Positions 48,785-56,674 of a stretch of DNA of 56,674 nucleotides are shown here, piece after piece. The stretch lies in contig PS015355.1 of assembly GCA_048213135.1 (NCBI GenBank), forward strand, positions 1 to 56,674. Direction: 5' to 3'. The position numbers and the translations under genes are program-made. Position 1 is the stretch's first letter; each line of letters opens with the position of its first letter. The stretch comes from Reclinomonas americana ATCC 50394 (taxonomy: Eukaryota). The notes under the pieces were generated by a model, which worked only from the letters and a program-made list of their open reading frames with translations, was not told the origin of the DNA and made no database searches.

Positions 48785-49992
48785 CTTGTTTAGGGTGGTG
48801 TGAGATGCGCGTTCTACAAACAAGAAGCGCGAGTGAAACTATGAGTGAAATTGAGAAAAACTGCGCGCGAAAAGTAACGGTCAAATGCGCACATCTCGTG
48901 CAACGCGATTTTTGTGGACAAGTGGGCGAGGGTAGACAGGTGGATATGAGCTGCAGTGTGGATGCGGAAGCATGTGTGCAGAGGAGAAGTTGACAGAAGT
49001 TTTGGTTGTCCGATTTGTTCGCACTTTCGCGGAAACAGGATTCCACAACATTGTGAGCGCTGCAGAACGACCTTCGTCACCGTGAACGGTGCAACTGTGC
49101 TTGCTCAATGTCAAATTGCGTAAAACAAATGTTGCTGCAAGAGAAACCGTGAATCCAAAATCGATCGAGTTCGAATTCGAATTCGAATGCGAAGCGTTTC
49201 GGAAGGCACTGCTTGCAGATGTTCTTTGCCGGCTACGGAGATCTGCAAGGTACGATCAACGTGGCGCCGAAACAAGCGCGGATGTCAACGCTGCAGTTGT
49301 CAAATCCATCGATTTCGATCGATTGTGGATCCGGACGGTATGTTGCATTTCTGCCGTCGCAGTCCGCTCTCCAACAGAGGAGCCCAGCCCTCTAGAGGCA
49401 CAAATGTCCGGAACATCTTGCAACCTGCAGCACAGCTTCAGCAATCTCCTCGGTCGCGAAAAACGCTTCGAATTGTCGAGGCGATCTGATCCGGAAAGCG
49501 AACTTGCCAGACGGCCGGAAGCCAGCCAACGCTGGTCCAGCCGGTCGTCTGCTGCACTTTATGCTCTTTTTTCTGATCATGCTCTCAACCTTCACCCGTC
49601 ATGATCAACCCGGCAAAGTCGACGTCGGAAACATCCGATCGCAAGCACGAGCTCGACGTCGACTGCTTCAACGCCAGCATTAGCCATCTCGACTTTCTCT
49701 CAGTGTTCACGTGATGTCTGAGTTTCTGGTGCTCACTCAAGATGGTGATCATCATGCAGCTGCTGCTGTTTGGATTAGCTATAGTAAAGTTGTTGTTGTT
49801 GTTGTTGACTGCTCCAGGTCTGCACACAGCCGGCGCCGCCAGTCTGTCAATACAAAACAACAGCCAATACACACGCACCCAACCCCCGCAGCGCTGCGGG
49901 ACGATCGCGAAGCATGAGCCCGGGACGTCGCAAATGCAAGCATTGAAGTCCCGCTGCGTGTCCACACTCCCCTTCCCTCTCCCGACCTCCCC

Positions 49993-52657
49993 ATGAGCGG
50001 CCGCCACGGCTCTGCCCCGCGCATACCCACCTCCTCCGCCTCCGGAGGCCCGGGCTCCCGGCGAGGCGCCGACGGCGACTCGGATCGCTTTGGCCGCAGT
50101 GAGCACTCTGCTCGCTTCGCCGACGACGACGACGACGGCGATGATGGCGCACTGGTGGATGACGTGGCAAGACGAGGCGGAGGCGGAGGCGTCCCTGCGG
50201 AGGACGATGATGACTCAGACGATGCAAACACTGCAAACATCATTGATGGCGATGCAGATAAGGATGATCGCGCGCTCTTCAGGCACGTATGAGACACTCA
50301 CGCACACACACGCACACACACGCACATACACACAGCAAAGGAGTGCGCATGTGACAGTGCGAGAAATTCATCTTGTGCGCATGTCTCTTTCTCTGTCTTT
50401 TCGCGCACGAGTGTGTGACTCTGTGTGTGTGCCTGTGTGCGTGCGCGTGGCTTGTGTGTGCGTGCATGTTGCTGATAATTTCTCCGTCATTTCATTAGTC
50501 GCAACACGTTCACCATGCGCGCTGAAAAGTTGCGATGGCGTTCCATTCGGCTCATGTATTTGACCACGTTCCTCTCGTCTACAGGTGAGTTCGTCTCTTA
50601 TGTACACGCACGCACATGCTTTCTCTGTCTCTCACATTCGCGGACTCGCATTCAGGCTTTTCGGTGGTGCTTCCGACGCTGTGGCCTTTTCTCGACAAGG
50701 AGGGCGGCACCAAGGCCTTCCTTGGCTACGTGGTGGCCAGCTACAGCCTCGGGCAGCTCATTGGCAGTCTCATTTTCGGCTACTGGTCCAACCACTCGCG
50801 GCGTGTGATTCCGCTGGCCGTGGCCACCGCCATTACGGCCGTCGGCAACTTCCTCTACTGCTTCACTGTGGCGATGCCGTACTCGCATGCGTGGAACTTG
50901 TTCATCTCGCGTCTCATTGTGGGCATTGGTGCCGGCAATGTGGCTCCGGCACGCTCGTATGTGTCGCAGGCCACCACGTTGAAGGAGCGAACAGGCGCCA
51001 TGGCGTACATGAGTGCTGCGCAGGGTCTCGGCTTCATCTTTGGCCCAGGTGAGTTGAAAGGGCACATGAGCGTTCATGCACGTACAAGCACAGGGGCACT
51101 CTTCTCACTCAGTTGGTCTTTGCACTCAATCGTTTTGTCTCTTACGCACTCATTACCTTCCTCCTTCCTTCGTTCTCTCCTTCCTCCTCCACGCACTTAC
51201 TATACCAGCCCCTTCTCATCTCCACGCTCGTTCTCTCCTCCCTCTTCCTCTCTCTTTCTTGCTCACTTGCCCTTCCTCCCTCCCCTTCCCCTCGCCCTTC
51301 CTCCCTCCTCCCTCCCTCTCTACACCCCTCCCTCCCCTCCCCCTTCCCCCTTCCCTCCTTCACTCTCTCCTCACCCTTGTTGCACCGCAGCCATTGGCGC
51401 GGCCTTCTCATCCATGAACCCGGGTTGGCACTGGAGCATTTTCGAGTTTGACTTCCTCACCGGACCTGGCTACCTGTCGGCGGTGTGCGAGACCGTCAAT
51501 TTCGTGCTGGTCGTCCTCTTCTTCACCGAGCACACCGTGGGCGACGCCGATGATGCCAGCGAGGCGGCGCCGCTGATCACGCCCGTGTCGCAGTCGAGTT
51601 GCGTTCCTCTTATTTCTCCTCCCCCTCTCCCTCCTCTGTTACTCACCCTCCCATCACAGGCCGCGGCAAGACCATCAACACTGTGGACGGCGGCGACTAC
51701 CAGAACAACTCGGACGACGAGCGCTCGGAAGCCGTCAGCCTGATGCTCGGTCACTCCAGCCTCCACCGCTCCGTGTCGAGCAGCGTGCGTGACCTCAAGC
51801 GCGACATGAAGGACCCGACGCAGTATTCGAGGCCCGACATTCTCGGCGTCATCATGGGCACCATCATCTTCTTTGCCGTCATTTTTGTGTTTGCCATTTT
51901 TGAGACGTTTCGTGCATGCCTCCTCTCCCTCTCTCTTTTTGTCGCCGCCAGCACTCACTCACTCTCCACGTGCAGCATTCTTACACCATTCACCATGGAC
52001 GAGTACAGCTGGTCGCGCCAGCAGGCCGATTTGTATGGCGGCATCATCCTCGGCTCCGTGGGTCTCATCGCCGTGTTTGTGTTCATCTCGGTCAAACTCC
52101 TGGTCAAGTGGGTCGGTGAGCGACAACTGATGCTCGCCGGCTACGTGGTGATGACGGTGGCCTTTGTGTTGATGGTGCCATTCGCCGGCATCCCCACACC
52201 GTGCACCGACAATCCGTGGTGCGCCGACATTCCGCAACTCAATCTCGGTCAATTCCTCGGCGCCTGCTTCCTCATCGCCCTCGGCTACCCGGCCACCTCG
52301 GTCATGATCTACTCGCTGTACTCGAAGATGCTCGGCCCGTCACCGCAAGGCACATGGATGGGCATCCTGAACGCCGTCGGTGCCGGCGCGCGCATGATTG
52401 GCCCCATCTATGTCACCAATGTGTACGACAAGTGGGGCCCGCGGTGGGCCTTTGGCGGTGTCGCCGGTCAGATGGCCGTGTCGGTACTCATCTGCATCAT
52501 CTTCTGGCGCCGCTTTGTCGATCATCCAGACTCGGTGCGCAAGAGTGGCGCCGACGCGGTGGCGCCCTCCACCAACAGCGGACCTGGCAGCTTCCGGCGG
52601 CCGCTGCCCGGCAGCCGTCGCGGGCCAACCTCCGTACAACACCACATGGATCTATAG
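49993..52657 (+). CDS. MFSD8: MFS transporter, MFSD8/CLN7-like
   Basis: [42 protein letters not shown]...RSY....T..ERTGAM...QGLGFIFGP, FETILTPFTMD.Y.W and YSLYSKMLGP.PQG..MG...G...RMIGP match MFSD8 as I recall it. Confidence 0.88.
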
Positions 52658-52824
52658 TGTCTGCAGGACTGACTGCTCGCGGAACTGGCATTTCGCTCTC
52701 TTTTTATCATGCCCACAGTTCTCGCTTGTCGACGCCCTCGACGTTGCTCCTTTTTTGTTTGGTGGAATCCGCATTACAATCTTTTTGTTTCCATAGAGAA
52801 GAAAAAACATGATTATGTTGTTTT

Positions 52825-55236
52825 TTACAGTGGCTCGTGGGCAAGGAAGCGGCGCACCATTTCAAAGGCGCGCTCCGGCTGCACAGTATTGCGTACAGTG
52901 AGTAATCGGGAGAGCGTGGGCGATCGATACGAGGGAGTGTAACTTGGGAGCTCGGCACCATGTGGCCTGCGAATCGAATGCTCGTGTACGTCATCTTGTC
53001 GTAGTCAATCGTACGACTGTGACGGGGAGGTGAGTGAGATGGATGGATGGTGCGCCGTTTCATCATGGTCAGCGTGAATGAACTAACCCGGCCACTTGCT
53101 TATTGACTGTCCACACCCGATAGGGCGAGATGGCTCTCATGCCCAGCATGTCCATCCACAGTCGCGTGCCGGGGAACGCAACAACACTGCGTCGATGGTG
53201 AAGACGTTAGTGTGCAAGCTCAGCAAGGGAAGTATCCACCACACGTACCTGTCGACATCACCCGAGTAGATGAGAATGCGCAGATTGTGCGGCAGCAGCT
53301 GCTCGTACACCGGCAGCAGTGATCGCAGCATGTCGCTGTCGTTCCAAATCATTTCGTCGCCGGTACAGCTCGTCCACTTGAAGGTGTTGGGCAGCGGCCG
53401 CCGTGTTGCGTGAATGGCGTTCTGTGGCAAGTCATGGGCGCGAGAGTCTGTAACGAGCAGCAACAATACACGACATTATCGAATGCACGCAACCCACACA
53501 TCCGATCGACTCAGATACGTCTGCGTGTACTGATCGACGCACACGTCGATGGGCACGTCGGAGAGACGATGTCTCGCCCGTTGCTGCCAGGCGCGGTGCA
53601 GGACAGTGTATGCCGAGTGGCAGTTGGAGGCGGAGGCGAACTTGGCCAGGCGCGTGGCTCGGTTCTGCGTACCAAATCAGGTGCTTGCGCGCAAAGGTAA
53701 AACAATATGCACACACACACTCACCGTGGAGGAGCTGAGGCACACATCGTTGAACAGGTCGAACTGGTCAATGTTGCTGCGGCGCAGAAGAAAGGGCAGC
53801 GGTAAGCGGGCTGCAGATGGAGCAAGCGAGAGGGGGGCGGTGCACGGCAGTAAGTAACCCCATGTCTTTCAGCGCCTGCTCCAGGAACGGCTGGCACTGA
53901 TTGTCGGGTGTCGGCTGGTGCGGCGGCGGACCGGTACAGTGCTGCACCAGGCCCTGGTACCTGTTGAACGAAGAAGCGCGTCAGTGCAATGCACCCCCGG
54001 GCAAGAGAGAGGTGAGGATGAGGAAGGACGAAACGTCGTGTTGGAGATCACGTTGAACTGGCGCCACATGGCAAACTGCGACCAGTCGTCCACTCCGGAC
54101 CACGTGTACGCGTTGCCGACCATCATGCCCTTCAAGTTGATGTGCAACTGTGGAGGGGCACAGAGGAGATTAGCAGGAGTGAGAGTGATAGAGAGAGAGA
54201 AGGAGAGTTCCACGCACGTTTGACGAGTTGCGGTTTCCATTGACAATCGCCAGTGCCAAGTCGGGCGCATAGTGACCCGTGTACGACTCGCCCGAGATCC
54301 AAAACTCGCGCTCTCGCAGCTTCGGATACTGCGAAGCCTGTAGTGAGCACTTTTGTCCAGGCACTGCGTGGTCCTCTTCGTCACAGACCTTGGCAAAGAA
54401 CCGCTGCAGGAACGCATACGTGTCGGCAATGGTCGCAAAGTCGCCCGTGATGTAGTCACTCGGGTCGTCCGAGTACGAGAAGCCGACCGGCGCCGGCATC
54501 TGCACACGCGCAGTTGCTGTTGAGCAACACGAAAAGCATGATACACACTCAAAAGATGACTGGCGACACCTCCAAGAACAGCATACTGGCCACGCGATTC
54601 CACGACCACGGATTGAGCTGCAACGAGCCTCCATCCGAGGCCGGAATGAACGGACCCAACTCCTGCGCACGTGAGCGTTGAGCACACGTACGTGTGGGGC
54701 ACACAGTGCCTGCTGTTATACCTCAAACAGTCCCTCCAGTGAGGAACAACCCGGTCCTCCATTCAACCACAACACCTGTGCCTTATGTGTGGGACAAGAC
54801 AAGCAAACACAGTCAGTGGAGGAAGCGTAACCAGTGGATCCCTCGCAGGGTCTCTTTGTGACTCTGTCAGCCAGTAGAACAGGTTGCTGTGTCGTCAATG
54901 AGCGTCAGTGATGACTGGAACACACGCACACACACATACTCTCTCTCACACACACACTTCTCTCTCTTTTCTCTCTTCGCTCTCTCTCTCTCACCGATTA
55001 TGCGCAGCATCGACTTGCACATATCCCGCGTACTGCTTAAAGGCAACACCCGCTGGTTGGCCCGGTAACCTCTCAATCACATCGCTCTCTGCACAAAAGT
55101 TGTCTCAGTGACCACAGCGCGCGTGAATGAAGAAGCCAGCAAGAAGACGCAGACCATCGTGCTCTTGTTGTTGTTGTGCAGCACAGTAGCACACAAGTGC
55201 GACCAGACAGCACAGCGCGACAACCAGCGCGCGCAT
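52825..55236 (-). CDS. Serine carboxypeptidase (S10 family), secreted
   Basis: Signal peptide; LPGQP...[23 protein letters not shown] (catalytic Ser), [16 protein letters not shown] (Asp) and AGHMVP..QP (His) motifs. Confidence 0.95.
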
Positions 55237-55761
55237 GTGACACGAAAGTGACGGAAGAATGTGTGACACGCGACGTTCTGGAGTTGTGGCTTGCACTCGA
55301 GGAGTGAGCGTCGTGTGGCGAGGACTCCTCTCACAGTGCTGCAGCCCAGTGTGCGTTCTACTGCATGAAGAGCAGTGAAAGTTGTGGCTCTCGACGTCGC
55401 GATCGACGTGCACGTGTTCCGCAGGCCTCCAGAAGGTGCACGTGCTTTCCCGTACGCAAACGATACAACTGCGCATGCAGTACTTCTAGGTGGTGCCTAG
55501 CTCGGTGATCACAAGCCGCTGCGTGCAGTGCTTCGTGTTTCCGAAAGCAAACTGCATCTCGATATCGACTTGCACTCGCCCACACCTATCGCTTTCCCTT
55601 TGTGCCTACACAACGCAACAAAAACTAGTTGCATGCACTGCATACACCGTTCCAAAGGACCTCCTGTCAAACACGATCGACGTCGATCGCGGTCCTCTTC
55701 TCATATCAATCACCTCCGACACACACAACAGCGCGATCGATCTCCGCCTTGGCCTTGTCTC

Positions 55762-56674
55762 ATGGAGGAGGCACGCGAGGCGATCCTGCTGCTGCGCCAG
55801 CGCACCATCGCGCTCATCACCGCACCTCCTCTCGACTCCTCGCAAAGGGCCGCTCAGCAACCTCGCGATGTCGCCGTGATGCACGACGATGACGACACGG
55901 ACGATCAGCAGCGACGCAACGACCAGGCCGCAAGCACACACGTCACGCTCATGCTGTTGCGTGCGCACATATACACACTCTTTGCAAGTGAGAGAAGAGG
56001 GCCATGTCGATCGCACACACGGCCCACTCTCACCGACACACACACATGCATGCAACCGTAGACACACACAGCGATAGTCAGTGTGCATATGTGCACATGT
56101 GTGTGTCAGTGAGTGAGGCAAGAAAAAAAGTGATCAGCTCTCCTCCACCCTTCTCATCTCATCCTCGTTTCGATATTTGTTCCGTGCGTAGCTTGCATCG
56201 TGTGTTGGAGACGGTGGATTTGGCGATTCCAGCGCCCGATGTGACTGCTGCAGCGCAGCCATTGTGGCGCAATCGCGATGACGTGGTCGCTCGTTGGCAA
56301 GCCGATGCTGGTGTGTCTCTTACTGCGGCCATCACTCTGTCACTGCCTCTGACTGTCTCTCTCTTGACAGTGTATCGCCAGTCGTTTGGTCCGCGAACGC
56401 AACGCGATGCCGATGGACATGTGGTGTTGTCGCGGTCCACTGAGCAGGTGTGTGTGTGTGTGTGCTGGGCCATGGAGGTCTTTCTTGTGTCGCTGATGTG
56501 GTGGCAGTTGGTGGAGATGCTGTCGATGCCGACGGGATGCTGCGGCTCGAGTGTCGCCAGTGTGCGACCGCACTTTACCGATGACTTGTTTGGCGTTGTT
56601 GCGTTTCTTGCTGCTGTCGTGTGTCTATAACAGAAAAGCTCATGCGACGATGCAACACAGATGGCCGCGCGGCA
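55762..56674 (+). CDS. Hypothetical protein, 5' part only
   Basis: Exon-like GC-rich blocks (55762-~55930, 56190-56310, 56371-56447) separated by CA/GT-rich intron-like DNA; the first splice junction is not resolved. Confidence 0.4.

Noticed and set aside
482-55236. Alternative genetic code or stop-codon readthrough to explain fragmented ORFs
   Set aside because: The interruptions I examined are resolved by short GT/GC-AG introns, and TAA, TAG and TGA all appear as normal terminators.

Overview
Gene-dense, intron-rich genomic scaffold of an unidentified microbial eukaryote. It has GC-rich exons, mostly 55-100 nt spliceosomal introns plus some long microsatellite-filled ones, many N gaps, and 454-style junk at the left end. 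Splicing by hand gives about 17 genes: PLAC8, SLX9-like, TruB, SH3-LRR, a 2OG-Fe(II) oxygenase/F-box/actin-like fusion, a large secreted cadherin-like/EGF protein, a membrane protein, a BRCT protein, a kinesin, a low-complexity protein, an FCP1/CPL-like phosphatase, a C2H2 zinc-finger factor, a GT17 (MGAT3-like) enzyme, a secreted EGF/repeat protein, an MFSD8-like transporter, a serine carboxypeptidase and a partial unknown gene. The most striking signal is a second, abundant class of 5' splice site. I count 23 introns starting GTTGCGT and 4 starting GTTTCGT, i.e. the usual GTGCGT/GTGAGT motif displaced by one base, and these almost never follow an exonic G. The second highlight is the putatively myristoylated prolyl-hydroxylase-like/F-box/actin-fold fusion protein. 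All gene models are manual predictions without RNA evidence or database searches.
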